From: Octopus bimaculoides
Lineage: Eukaryota
NCBI RefSeq assembly: GCF_001194135.2
Contig: NC_068982.1
Location: 154,015,755 to 154,064,588, forward strand
Reading direction: 5' to 3'
DNA: 48,834 nucleotides
A model generated the notes under the pieces. It had not been told where the DNA came from and searched no databases. It worked only from the letters and a program-made list of their open reading frames with translations. This document shows positions 12,363-24,263 of the stretch, piece after piece. Each line of letters starts with the position of its first letter. The first letter of the stretch is position 1. Both the position numbers and the translations under genes were made by a program.

Positions 12363-12543
12363 GTAATCTGACTTCTTACAAAAAATGTTAAATAAATTAC
12401 AATGAATATACGTAAACCTGTTTTACACAAACAAGTTTTAAAAGTCACATTTAAAGGTGTACAAACATATATGCTTCCACATACTAGCACATGTACATAT
12501 ATTCCAACTGGCACGAATCCACCTGCACATGCACATATCCACT

Positions 12544-12544
<1 letters not shown>

Positions 12545-12575
<31 letters not shown>

Positions 12576-12736
12576 CATACATACATACATACACACACAC
12601 ATACATACATACATACATACATGCATACATACATTACATACATACGTACATATATACATACATGCATACATACATAATATATACATACATACATACATAC
12701 ATACATACATACATACATACATACATACATACATAC
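12545..12736. repeat. (CATA)n microsatellite
   Basis: Direct reading. Confidence 0.9.
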
Positions 12737-12892
12737 GCACGTACATATGGCACTGTCAATATCAGACGTGCAGGCTCAGAGGACGGTTTAAAATTTATTT
12801 TGGAATGTTTTTTCTACATTTATCTCAACTCCTCTAGCCTAAATCAATAACCGGTTACTTTCTCCAATTATAAATAAAAGAAACACTTTTTA

Positions 12893-13025
12893 CTCCAGTC
12901 CTAAATTCAGCAACCCACTTTTGCACTATAGATAAAGCTGGGTTTGTTATTCCCTTATGTAGCAAGTATGTCAGAATGAGTGTCCTTGGGAGCCAAACCC
13001 ATTTTTTTTTCTGTAGGTACTTGAA
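12893..13025 (-). mobile_element. Mariner transposase N-terminal HTH fragment
   Basis: With frameshifts the reverse strand reads KYLQKK-GLAPKDTHSDILAT*GNNK-PALSIVQKWVAEFRTG, resembling the mariner N-terminus. Confidence 0.7.
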
Positions 13026-13093
13026 GTCTTCTTTGAACAATTGGAGATTAATTTACTTGGAATGAAACTATACAGTTATTAATAAGAAGAGTT

Positions 13094-16000
13094 GAAGCAT
13101 GCAAGATTTCACAACCTTACTGTCATTCCTTCATAATCAGCTTAGGTACTTTTGAGCCGACTCTCGGAGCGTTATTCAAACTTGATTTTAAAACATATTC
13201 CTTATACCACGTAGAATTTCGCAAACACGATCATGGCTGAAATTCATAATACCACCGGCGGTAACTGTACTACAATACCAGTAAACTATCTGAGAAGACA
13301 TAAGTACTTCTCCCATTTTATTTGAACTTTAAATCTAAACCAGGTTCAACTTTAATGCTAAAAAAAAAAGCCCGTGAAGTCCCTTCTATCAGAAATATGA
13401 AACGGTTATAAAAACCCTTGGACGAAGCTCACCTCAACTTAAGCACCATTACTACGAAACAACTTCGGTAACAAGCCAAATAGAAAAATGGCTTGCTCTC
13501 GATGTAAATCTATCTTCTCAAAACACTGAAAACTGGTCAAAACTTGCCAGAAGAGAAATCAAAAATAATGTAAGCAAACCACTGCCACCATCACTAGATT
13601 CTCATGTTTCTCCAAATGTAGCTGAGTCAACAGAGATAACTGTGAAATATATTCAACTTACAAACAACGTGAAACCAGAGTCCGTAGAAAACTTTTCTAT
13701 GTTTTCGAAATTATCGTTAAGCCATTCCTAATAAAATTAAGAAAAAAATTTAACAGCTCCAATAGAGAAAGTTATCATGATTCCATGAACTGGAGAACAT
13801 ATAGAATCACGTGACGGTAATTTATGGGAATATTAATACCTTCATACACTACTGCTATCATTCTTAAAGAACACCTAGGAAAAATCTGCAGTATACATAT
13901 GGTAATGAAACTACTAAACGGAAGCAGCCTCGATGGAAAACAAAACTCGAAGAAAACATCAACAATCTGCGCTACTATATTGGATGGTTAACCACGATAA
14001 TAAAATGTAAGGGGAATAATGAGTTTACACCTCATCAATAACATCTTACGAATAAATTAGTAAAACTCTGTGGTGATTTTTCATACCAAGCTCTTGAGGA
14101 AAGGTTAATTACTCTAAAACACGAAGTCGAGACGCTGAGCGAACATCTTCGCTACCGAAGGCGAACTTTTGAGCGAACCTGTAAAAATCACAAGTTTGCT
14201 TGTAATTCAGAGACATTACACAAAGAGATAAGAATGGAAAATATTACCGTTAAGAAAATCCCCTCTCAATAAGATTTTGCATGATTCTGGTCAAAACAAT
14301 GGAACGAAAAGAGGGACCTCAACCTTAATGCATCGTGGCTAAATGCAGTAAGGAGAGAATATTGTAAAGCATATACAATTGACCGGAAAACTTTCACCAT
14401 AGCTAAAGCCAAACTCCATAATGGGAAGGCACCTGAAAGGGACCTAATAGTCGGATACAGGTATACGAGGCTAATATTTTACAAGAAATAACTAATATGT
14501 ATATGCAAATGCATTATGGCAGATGAGATTGACATATCAAATTGGCATGTCATAGCACGAACAAATCTTGTAGCCGAGAATGAAATCACCGAGTTGGCAG
14601 AAAACTATAGATTCATTGCTTGCCTAAATATTATGTACAAACTGTGCCCAAGTTGCCTCAACCAATTCCTTCGGGATTATTGCGAGTCCAACAACATATT
14701 GACTGATGAACAGGCTGGTGGAAAGAAGGGTGTGTGAGGATGTGCTGAACGACTCTTGATAAAGAAAGCTGTACTGTCTGAAGTGAATAAAACACCGTAG
14801 GAGCCTTACAACAATATGGCCTGATTATAGGAAGGCCTTTGACTCTAATCTCCACTCATGATTGTTAAAGTGTCTCCATTTTGCAAAAGTACTTCCTATC
14901 TTAATTGACGCCATTGAGAGATTCGCAAATACCTGGGCAACAATCCTTAAGTTAAAAATTGAGAGCGGAGCAATTAACTCCAATGTTATAAATATTTCAA
15001 AGGGAATATTCCAAGGAAATAGATTTTCTGTAATTCAGTTCATTTTGACATTAAATCCGTTATCATTCCTGCTACAAAAATCAAATGGACTCACTTTAGT
15101 GTCTGCAAACTGCTAGAAATAATAATGTAGGCCATAATTTTTTTTGTGGGTGACTTCAAGATTTATGCTAAAATGTTAACAATGCTAAAAAATAGTTGAA
15201 ATTAATAAAATTTTCAGCTGACATAGGAAATGGAATTTAGCCAAAAGAAATTTTCATATTTGATAGTTGAACGGGGAAAATCAGTCCCCCAGACTCAAAA
15301 CTTGTGCATCAACGGTTTCACTAACTCACCTGTTTCATGCAAAGAATGTTACATGTACCTAAGCATTGATAAAAACATGCAATATGAAGACACTGAGAAT
15401 AAAAATTGTAACTCGAGGATACTTTGCTAGTCTAAGAAAAATATGGCAGTCAGGAATCTTCTCTTATAACAAGACAATATCTTACAATGTGTTTTCAGTA
15501 CTGATTCAAACATTTGGGATACTTGACTAGTCTGATGAAAGTATCCACTCCATAAACGTTAAGACCCGCAAAATTCTGACATCAACGGGAAATCTCCATT
15601 GTAAGAGGGATATCGACAGGCTCTAAGAAGGGATAAAGCAGATGGAGGCTTGAGATCAGTGTAGACAGTTTTGGAATATCGTATAGTCTCTCTCAGATAG
15701 TACTTGCAAAACAACAGCCGCAAAAATAAATATATTAACTTAGTGCTAAAAAGTGAAGCACTCTCTTCCTGATTACCTCCCATACTACCCTCAAAACAGC
15801 CGGACTAACATATCTCAAACAAGACCTGAAAAGCTCAGCATCCCAAAAAAAGCGACCATGCATGGTTATGTTTCCCGAACACTTGAAGACAGTAGTGTTG
15901 ACATGAAGCGAAGCCTCTCTTGGACTCGTGACCGCTACATCACATCACATCACACATCGAAGGCTGTACATTTGCAATCGAAGAATAGGAGATGGCTATT

Positions 16001-16719
16001 AAATACTCAATAAACAAAAGAGACAGTGAAGTTGTTGGAGTTCCAAGATGCAACCAAATATGTACATTATGCCATATTTCTATAGAATACATCACACATG
16101 TGATTTGCAGTTGCCCAATAATGTCATCAAGGTACTACCTCACTACGCGTTGTCGTAAAAACAATATCCAATGTCCTTCGGAAAAAAAAAGACGGTCCTA
16201 TGATAAATATAGAGAAACTCCTTGTTGTTGAATACATACACAAACATCAACACAAGGAATACTGGTGGAAAATTCCCACCGAAACATCTGTCAAGTGTAA
16301 GCATAAAATGCCGGATATTGTTAGGAACAGACGAGGAAAATATGCACCGTCATAGGGATCAGCTCTTCCACTAAGGGAAAGAAAATAACTATGGACAACT
16401 GCTTCGAAACCTCAAGCTTCTAAACCCAGATTACAAATTTACATTTATACTAATGATAATTGATATATTTGGTTTTGTGAGAAAATGTCTAAGTGACAAT
16501 CTAAATAAGCTTAGATTTTCAGAAAAAGAAATCAACCAACTAACTTGCACCTTACAAATGCAATCTGAAAATGGGACAGTCGAAATATGCAAGACTTTTC
16601 CCAAGTTTAAAATGTGTCGTTGTTTTAGTTATCTACATTCCAACGGTAAAGCTTTGTATCTTCGTAAGAAACCAGCTTCTTCCTCGAAGGAATAATTTAT
16701 ATAATTAAAAAGAGAAGAG
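13094..16719 (+). mobile_element. Decayed R4/Dong-like non-LTR retrotransposon with a restriction-like endonuclease (5' boundary uncertain)
   Basis: Motif order: FWSKQWN..NASWL; HNGKAPxxD; NYRFIACLNIMYK; EQAGGKKG; DYRKAFDS (14823); KGIFQG (about 15000); FVGDFKIYA; RDIDRL..GGL; CCHC knuckle CTLC..EYITHVICSC (16061-16115); PDIV (16311); YKFTFI..II; GTVEICK. Sequence before about 13700 is assigned only by position. Confidence 0.85.
13850..16617 (+). pseudogene. Fragmented RT / zinc knuckle / REL ORF of the R4-like element
   Basis: Pieces in ORFs 14516, 14862, 15230, 15992 and 16453, joined across many stops and frameshifts. Confidence 0.8.
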
Positions 16720-17067
16720 TTCATACAAAATACATAAATTCATAGGCTTATGTACATACATAACACTATGGAATGAGCACGTGTACATTTAAACGGTCCA
16801 AACTGCAGTCTTATTACCAAAACAAACAAAAATCAAACCACAAAAGTTGCCGCCCCAAAATCAGCTAGAACATTATGTATAAGATATACACTAGCTGTCT
16901 CAATAAAGATCACTGCGCCACCAACAATATTATAATACCTGTAAAGGCTTGGCGAAAGAAGTATGGGGCTCTACAGTGGTTCTGTCAAGAAAATGATCTT
17001 AGAATCAATACGAAAGACCATGGCTGTAGCGTTATCAGAGAAAAATGTTTGTATACTGCATAGAAGG

Positions 17068-17201
17068 GTTATCAAAGCATTTAATTTTCCGAATGGCATT
17101 GGATATTGTTTTTGCGACAACATCGTGACGCATAGTGAGGTAGTACCTTGATGACATTATTGGGCAACTACTAATCGCATGTGTTATCAAAGCATTTAAT
17201 T
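17068..17201. repeat. 19-bp perfect direct repeat pair
   Basis: gttatcaaagcatttaatt at 17068-17086 and 17183-17201. Confidence 0.85.
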
Positions 17202-17879
17202 AGCCAAAGTTCCACACCCACTTACAGCCGCAATTCAATGCCTTACAAAGACACAATGCATTTCAGAAGTGGCAGCAAACAAATCAAATATGGCTCCACA
17301 CATTATCAAAATGACATCTTGCCTCTTGTTATCTGGTTAAACTTATTATACCTAGTATCCGGCTATGAATGGATACAGTCATTAAGGAAGTCTTCCATTA
17401 ACTATTTCAAATAAACAATTAATCAAAATCAATCTGCGATTTAAATCCCTATGTCCGACAATTCCTCCTTTCTGTTGCTATCAGGATGGATATCACGTGT
17501 CTTCTGTATTAGAGATTCTTCAGTTATATTACTATTACCTAGGCCGAATGCAGCCAGCAACATTGTAGAAATATCACTTTTCCAATTTTTGAAGAATGAT
17601 GAGGGGGCGTGTACCAAGTTTTAATTCATGTAAACTGATATATTATTTCCAAAAGAAAATCAACTGAAATTCAAACGAAAATGACGCATTGAAACAGATT
17701 TGCTTTAGAGGACTCTAAAAGAATCAAAAATTTAATTATGGCACGTGGTCGATATTTGTTTTAAACATAACCTAACTCTATGTCTCGCCTACGTCTCAAA
17801 CCAACCATTTTCAGCAGACTACCTTCTTTAAAGCAATTTTAACTTGAAAGAAAGTGGTACGCATATATGTTTTTTATTA

Positions 17880-18089
17880 ATAATTATTTTTACTTTACGC
17901 ACAAAAACTTTGGGGGAGGGAAAGAGGGATAATCGATTACATCGACCCCACTGTGTAACTGGTACTTATTTCACCGCCCCCGAAAGAATGAAAGGAAAAG
18001 TCGACATCGGTGGAATTTGAACTCAGACCGTAGCCGCAAACGAAATACCGCTAAGCATTTCGCCCGGCGTGCTAACGATCCTGCCACCT
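17880..18089 (-). mobile_element. SINE family B
   Basis: Reverse complement has head ggtggcaggatcgttagcacgccgggcgaaatgcttagcgg, B box gagttcaaattcc and core aataagtaccagttacacagtggggtcgat. Confidence 0.9.
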
Positions 18090-18134
18090 TGATTATGCTT
18101 ATGTTTTTTTTTTAATGATATTATAAGCAGCATT

Positions 18135-18348
18135 AAGGCGGTGAGGTGGCAGAAACGTTAGCACGCTGGACAAAATATTTAGTGGCATTTTGTCTGTCTT
18201 CGTGTTCTGAGTACAAATTCCGCCGAGGTCAACTTTGCCTTTCATTTTTCCTAGCTCGATAAAATAAGTACTATTTACGCACTGGAGTCTATTTAATTGA
18301 CTTACCCCTCCCCTGCAATTGCTGGCTTTGTGCCAAAATTTGAAACCA
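18135..18348 (+). mobile_element. SINE family B (tail ...gtgccaaaatttgaaacca)
   Basis: Head aaggcggtgaggtggcagaaacgttagcacg and core cgataaaataagtac..ctggagtc; lies head-to-head with the 17880-18089 copy. Confidence 0.9.
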
Positions 18349-19058
18349 GTTGGGGAATAAACGGCATCTTTCACCGTCACCATACAAGCAAATTGCCTAT
18401 TTTGATGTTGCTGCTGATTTCTGCTATTAGAAGCCTGGCGTACAGTTGTCGGTATTTAAATAATTAAAATTCAAATTCAATCATCAATACTAGTTCGTAT
18501 CATTCGAATGCATAAGTGTACTTTTTCATTTTAAATATACGATACGTTAAAAATAAATAATGAATAAATAAAGCTATTCCAGCTACTCGCATCCTCCTAT
18601 AAAGAAGAACGATCGGTAATTGAAATTTTGACGGCTAAATGGATAAAAACAATTCCAAAGATCTTGTTCCGATATGCATGTGAGTTCCTAGATTTAAAAA
18701 TAAAAACAAAAATTATTCTACTTCGTTGTTGATCTGACTCGTAGCAATACGAAAGCATCTTATTCTTGCTATAGAAATACAGTGACATATTGAAAACCCA
18801 ATAGACAACAAATTTTCACAACCTAACTCATACCAACAGATCTAAATGTTACCAAAACAATAAGCTGCTGTAATTAGGTACAAGAATCGGAGTGCCTTCC
18901 AACTCCCCCGTAAGCTCCTACAATGCAACTTCTATGTTGTCATGCAGGGAGTCCCAAAAATATATATACATACATAAAATAATGAATTCAGTACTTATCA
19001 ATATACAATTCATTTTCAAAAATTTGACAGAACCTACTGACTGAATTTTATTATTTTA

Positions 19059-19653
19059 CTAGCATTGCCCGGGATTAAGTTAGGCTTATTAAGCTAATCA
19101 AGCGCTTGTTTCAAACCAAACTAAGTAACACCGACGTCAAATTTGAGTGAAATCCATTGAAATTGGTAAACGTTTGGCTGAAAATGGGTTGCAGACAATT
19201 TGATTGGGAAATCCCATAAGGTATCGGTTTGTCCATTTTTCCACTCATCGAGTGTTTTTTTTTTCTTTTTTTTTGAAGAACTTAAAGCAGTCAAAGATTA
19301 AAGCAATCAAAGATTGGGATTTGTTGATGGACATGGCGTTCTGCGGAAGTTAAACGGCATGTCTGACCCCGAGGGATAAAGGTGCATCCTTGAAATGAAA
19401 ACATTTTCCTCCTCCCGCACCCCGTAACAATGGTGGCCTCAATAAATTGGGGCGTCAGAGACTTGACTACCAAGCTGCTCTCGTTGCACTGTATTGGCGG
19501 ATAAAGCGTGTACTCTTTATCCCATTTGAGTTTTATTGAATGATCGTGTAAAATTTTCTTAACAATAGGATATATTGTAAGTCTACACACACACAAACAC
19601 ACACTTGGTGCTATTGTTGTTGTGATGCGTGTACTCTTTATCCCATTTGAGTT
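19059..19653 (-). mobile_element. Helitron remnant: Pif1-type helicase C-terminal fragment and probable 3' end
   Basis: Across frameshifts the reverse strand gives PPIQCNESSLVVKSLTPQFIEATIVTGCG / ENVFISRM..PSGSDMPFNFRR / AMSINKSQ (Helitron helicase motifs). It ends in CTAG followed by T at 19062-19058, the Helitron 3' terminus pattern. Confidence 0.8.
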
Positions 19654-20544
19654 GTTGTCTTGAGTGACAGGAGATAAGTTTCAGCAAACTTGAATAGCAT
19701 TTTCGGAACTCGTTTCTAATGTTGAAATGCCACATTTCAAAAAATGCTTTAAATCACATCAGAAAGAAAATGGCTACAGCATGAAGTCATCGATTTGCTT
19801 CGACCACCCAGAAAGCAGAAGTACGTACAGAGAATTTCATAAACAGAAATGAATGGAAAGAATGTTGCGGCTGAACAAAGTTTGTCGTGAGGTTTCTAGC
19901 GAACAGAAATAAAAAATAACAGTCAAGTAAAGAATTTAAATATTAAAGCAAACAAAAACTAAGAAACAAAATGTGCTAGTTGCTAATTACATCGTCATTA
20001 GGTTTTGTTTTCTAATTGAATAAACCAACATTAATTATCTAACATTCAAAATTTCATTTAAAATGAAATATATAGGAAAATTAAATATATACATATACTA
20101 TATGTATACTGTACATACATTTCTTTCAGAGCGGTTCATCTTTGTTTTTCTGTATAATTAAAACTATATATATATTTCTTTCAGACCACACGAACTCACA
20201 TAAAGAATCTTGCAAACCAAATCCAAAGACGAAATAGTTTATCTTTGTTTTTTCTGTATAATAGTCGCCATTGCAGGGGATATAACTGATGTTAGCAAGC
20301 AACGGATTTTCACCGACGTGAAAACTGGTAAAAGTTATGGATGAAAATAGATTTTTACCGCTATCCAAAGATGTCACGGGAAAAATAAGTTGACAAAACC
20401 CAGCTAGGATCGTGACGAATGTCCTCTTAAAATTGGAGTGNNNNNNNNNNNNNNNNNNNNNNNNNNNNNNNNNNNNNNNNNNNNNNNNNNNNNNNNNNNN
20501 NNNNNNNNNNNNNNNNNNNNNNCAGTTCTACTGATAACGCGAAA

Positions 20545-21817
20545 TAATGAAATTCCAGCTACCAAGAAACACTTCATTCGGTATTTGTGTGCATTCTCGT
20601 TCAATGGCTGCTCTCAGTTCGTCGATTGTTGCTAATTTTGTATTTTAATTTTTATCCTTTATGTATTCCTATAGTGAAGGCGCATGGTTCAGTGGCTAGA
20701 GCGTCGAGGTTACGATCGCGAGGTTATAAGTACGAATCCCGGACCGGGCTGCGTGTTGTGTTCTTGAGCAAGACACTTTATTTCACGTTGCTCCAGTTCA
20801 CTCAGCTGTAGAAATGAGTTGCGACGTCACAGGTGCCAAGCTGTATTGGCCTTTTCCTTTCCCTTGGATAACACTGGTGGAGGGGAGACGAGTATGCATG
20901 GGCGACTGCTGGTCTTCCATAAACAACCTTGCCCGGACTTGTGCAATCTAGGTGCAATCCATGATCAGTCATGACCGAAGGGGGTTCTCAGCATTCCTAT
21001 AAAAAAATTCGAGTGGCGTGAGGTCTGGTGAACTAGGAGGGTATTCTACTGAACCCCTTCGCCCAATTCATCTATTCGGTAAAATCGCAATCCTTTGTCA
21101 GTATAGGAGTGCTGGAAATAAGACTCCACATTTTCAAGGTCTTCTTGAATGCTTGACATGACAGTTTCAGCTGGATTAAGTAAAAGGGACCGGTCACTGT
21201 ACCATCGAAAAAGAATAGTCGAATTAATCCGTTTAAGTCATACCATACTGTATCCTGGTAGAATTAACATGATGGTCCTCCGCAGTATGTGGTTTCTTAG
21301 TCCAATAATGTACAATAGCAGCAGATAACTGAGCTATTTAATTTAAATGTAGCCTCGTCACTCCCAACAATCTTTGTCGGCAAGTGTGCATCGTCTAAGT
21401 ACCTCTCACAAAACTCCACTCTTCGGTCCGAATCCTTTTCATTGAGAGTATGAACTATTTTTGAAATGTAACGTTTCAAATGGGAGCACATCAAAATGTG
21501 ACGAACGCCTAATTTTGAAATTCCTATCTCCACTCGCTTTCCATACAGATATTCCTGAACTCGGAAAAGACATTTCTAGTGTTCTTTCTTTCTTTGTGTG
21601 GTATCGATGTCCTCGGTCTTTCGGAACGTTTCTTGTGAAATTCTGAGTATTTCTATCTGCTTAAAATCTATCTCTAATTTGGTGATGGTATGTCACTAGG
21701 TAGGTCTGCTTGAATCCCCCTCTTAAACTACCTGAGTACTTCGACTGCATTTTCAAACTTCCAGTAGCATTTTAGGCTAATTTCCATTTATCCAAAGCTT
21801 AATCTGATTTCCTTCAT
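20545..21817 (-). pseudogene. Disrupted DD[D/E] transposase
   Basis: Start near ATGAAGGAAATCAGATTAAGC (21817); many stops and frameshifts plus the SINE insertion. Confidence 0.75.
20674..20992 (+). mobile_element. tRNA-derived SINE, family C, with a 9-bp TSD
   Basis: tRNA-like head ggcgcatggttcagtggctagagc..cgaatcccgg; core gtgttcttgagcaagacact..cactcagctgtagaaatgagt (resembles V/Meta-type SINE cores); tail catgaccgaaggggg; TSD attcctata at 20665-20673 and 20993-21001. Confidence 0.88.
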
Positions 21818-21930
21818 TATTTCTGATATTTTCTCAAAAGAAATTAAAACTCAGTTATCAACTGTTAAAGTACGTATACATTTTGGGCAGACACTCTGTA
21901 TAAGTGAGAGCTGCATTAAAACTTTTGAAA

Positions 21931-21965
21931 ATAAAGAAAGAAAGAAAGAAAGAAAGAAAGAAGGA

Positions 21966-22017
<52 letters not shown>

Positions 22018-22020
22018 AAA
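21931..22020. repeat. (GAAA)n microsatellite
   Basis: Direct reading. Confidence 0.95.
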
Positions 22021-22329
22021 GTGATTGGAGGTGTTGTTTTATCGTAGAATCTTCAATAAGCAATACAAACCTTGCTCGTGGCTGCAAAATAACAACGACG
22101 GGGATTCTATGTCATCATATATATGTGAAAGTCTCACGTCAAATATTGAAATAAAAGCAAGAATTCTCTTTCGCGTAATAAACTTCACCCACATTAAAAT
22201 TTGAAGCCATTGAAATGAAATTCTCCAAAAACTCATTTGGGGAAAGAAAAAAAGAACAGACTAAGACTTAATACTAAAACAGTAATTCAATATAAGCTGC
22301 ATGGCCATAAACTTTTTAAAGATTCATTA

Positions 22330-22600
22330 TTTTTCTCAGCATTGATGAGCACCGGGGTTTCTCATGAACTTACTATTAGCCTTTGGTAATAAAAAGCTTC
22401 TTCACGACTACAATACGGCAGCAATTTGACATTGAAAGGTACGCAAATATTCAATTGCCTCCCAGCCTTCTTATCAGGCTTATGTACAGCTTCCTCTGAG
22501 ATTTTTATTAGATACATAGGCACGATTCTTCTTGTATGTTTGATCAGCCAACTACAAAAGCCTAAAGCAAAGCGGCAAATTCCACCATATTTTTGATCCA
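22330..22600 (+). mobile_element. Possible very old CR1-like LINE 3' remnant
   Basis: SNLTLKGTQIFNCLP...DQPT..AANS parallels NSLGFRGLQLFNILP...VPDEPT..ATSNS of the 5490-6665 LINE; alignment is weak. Confidence 0.35.
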
Positions 22601-23289
22601 ACAATTAAAATTTCCATGCAAATGGATAAATAAAACACCTAAAATTTAGTACCCCAAGATATACAGACACAATAGAAGCAGAACATTTAGCCATAAAGGC
22701 AGTGTTTTAGCGTGGCCTCAACCATGATGGCTATAGTTAAAATAAATTGTATTCATATATCTGTATGCATATAGTTATATACGCTTGTATGCGTACATGT
22801 GTGTGTGTGTGTGTGTGTGTTTTGATATATACTTAAACATCAGCATAAGGTGAGTTGAGTATGTGATTGTTTATTGCACACAACAATCGGACATTTTACT
22901 GGTTTAATCTCGATGTTCAGCTTGACTCTTCTATCATTTCCTTCCATTGTATTTCTGAAATGACTTCCATACAAGTTTTGTATATTTCCTTACATACTAT
23001 TACTATACACACTTCTTTTTCTCCCTCTCTATCCTCCCTGTTTATGCTTCCTCCCTCTCCCTATCTATCTATCGATCTATCTATTTATCCCCACTTTCTC
23101 CTCATCTCTCTTCCTCACTTTCCATATATATCTCTCTCTCTCACGAACTCTCTCTCACCCTCCCTCTCTATCACTGTATTCGTATCTCTTTCTCTCTCTG
23201 TTATAATTGTTATCTGATTTTTTCATCAGAATTGAGAGAAAATGATTGAAAATGACAGAACCGTTCTTCCTATTCTATACTCGCAAACA

Positions 23290-24225
23290 TACACACACAG
23301 ACATACACTAGAAGACACATCTGCATATATATATATATATATATATATANNNNNNNNNNNNNNNNNNNNNNNNNNNNNNNNNNNNNNNNNNNNNNNNNNN
23401 NNNNNNNNNNNNNNNNNNNNNNNNNNNNNNNNNNNNNNNNNNNNNNNNNNNNNNNNNNNNNNNNNNNNNNNNNNNNNNNNNNNNNNNNNNNNNNNNNNNN
23501 NNNNNNNNNNNNNNNNNNNNNNNNNNNNNNNNNNNNNNNNNNNNNNNNNNNNNNNNNNNNNNNNNNNNNNNNNNNNNNNNNNNNNNNNNNNNNNNNNNNN
23601 NNNNNNNNNNNNNNNNNNNNNNNNNNNNNNNNNNNNNNNNNNNNNNNNNNNNNNNNNNNNNNNNNNNNNNNNNNNNNNNNNNNNNNNNNNNNNNNNNNNN
23701 NNNNNNNNNNNNNNNNNNNNNNNNNNNNNNNNNNNNNNNNNNNNNNNNNNNNNNNNNNNNNNNNNNNNNNNNNNNNNNNNNNNNNNNNNNNNNNNNNNNN
23801 NNNNNNNNNNNNNNNNNNNNNNNNNNNNNNNNNNNNNNNNNNNNNNNNNNNNNNNNNNNNNNNNNNNNNNNNNNNNNNNNNNNNNNNNNNNNNNNNNNNN
23901 NNNNNNNNNNNNNNNNNNNNNNNNNNNNNATATATATATATATATACATATGTAAATGTGTGACCATATGTATATGAATATGGCTATGTACCTTTGCATA
24001 CGTATGTATGTTATGTATCTAGATATAATTTGTTTTAGAACATCAATCTAAACACTGATAAGCTCTTTCTTTGATAGTATCTAAATAGACATAAATACAC
24101 ACAGACACACACACAAATATGCCTACATATCCATACACACACTCAAGCACACATATGCACACACCTTCGTATACGCACATACAAGTGTACACCTAAACAC
24201 CAAACACATGCATATACACACACGT

Positions 24226-24263
<38 letters not shown>

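Larger units (their letters stand above)
20523..21898 (-). mobile_element. Tc1/mariner-superfamily element, maT/Tc3-like, interrupted by a SINE
   Basis: TA-CAGAGTGTCTGCCCAAAA terminus at 21900-21880; reverse-strand peptides KCYWKFENAVEV, RRVEFCE, GSDEATFKLN, FFFDGTVTG, GSVEYPPSSPDLTPL, ATIDELRAAIEREC. The second TIR is not seen and may lie in the 20441-20522 gap. Confidence 0.85.

Noticed and set aside
12545-13090. Idea that the R4-like element starts right after the (CATA)n array
   Set aside because: An unrelated mariner fragment (12893-13025) lies between the array and the element.
13085-13093. agaagagtt also present at 16713-16721, a possible TSD of the R4-like element
   Set aside because: agaagag is the shared 3' end of the other copies, so it is probably element sequence. 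The 9-bp purine-rich match may be chance; it is used only as a tentative boundary.
16875-17063. LQWFCQENDLRINTK resembling an RT thumb motif
   Set aside because: Single short motif with no supporting flanking motifs.
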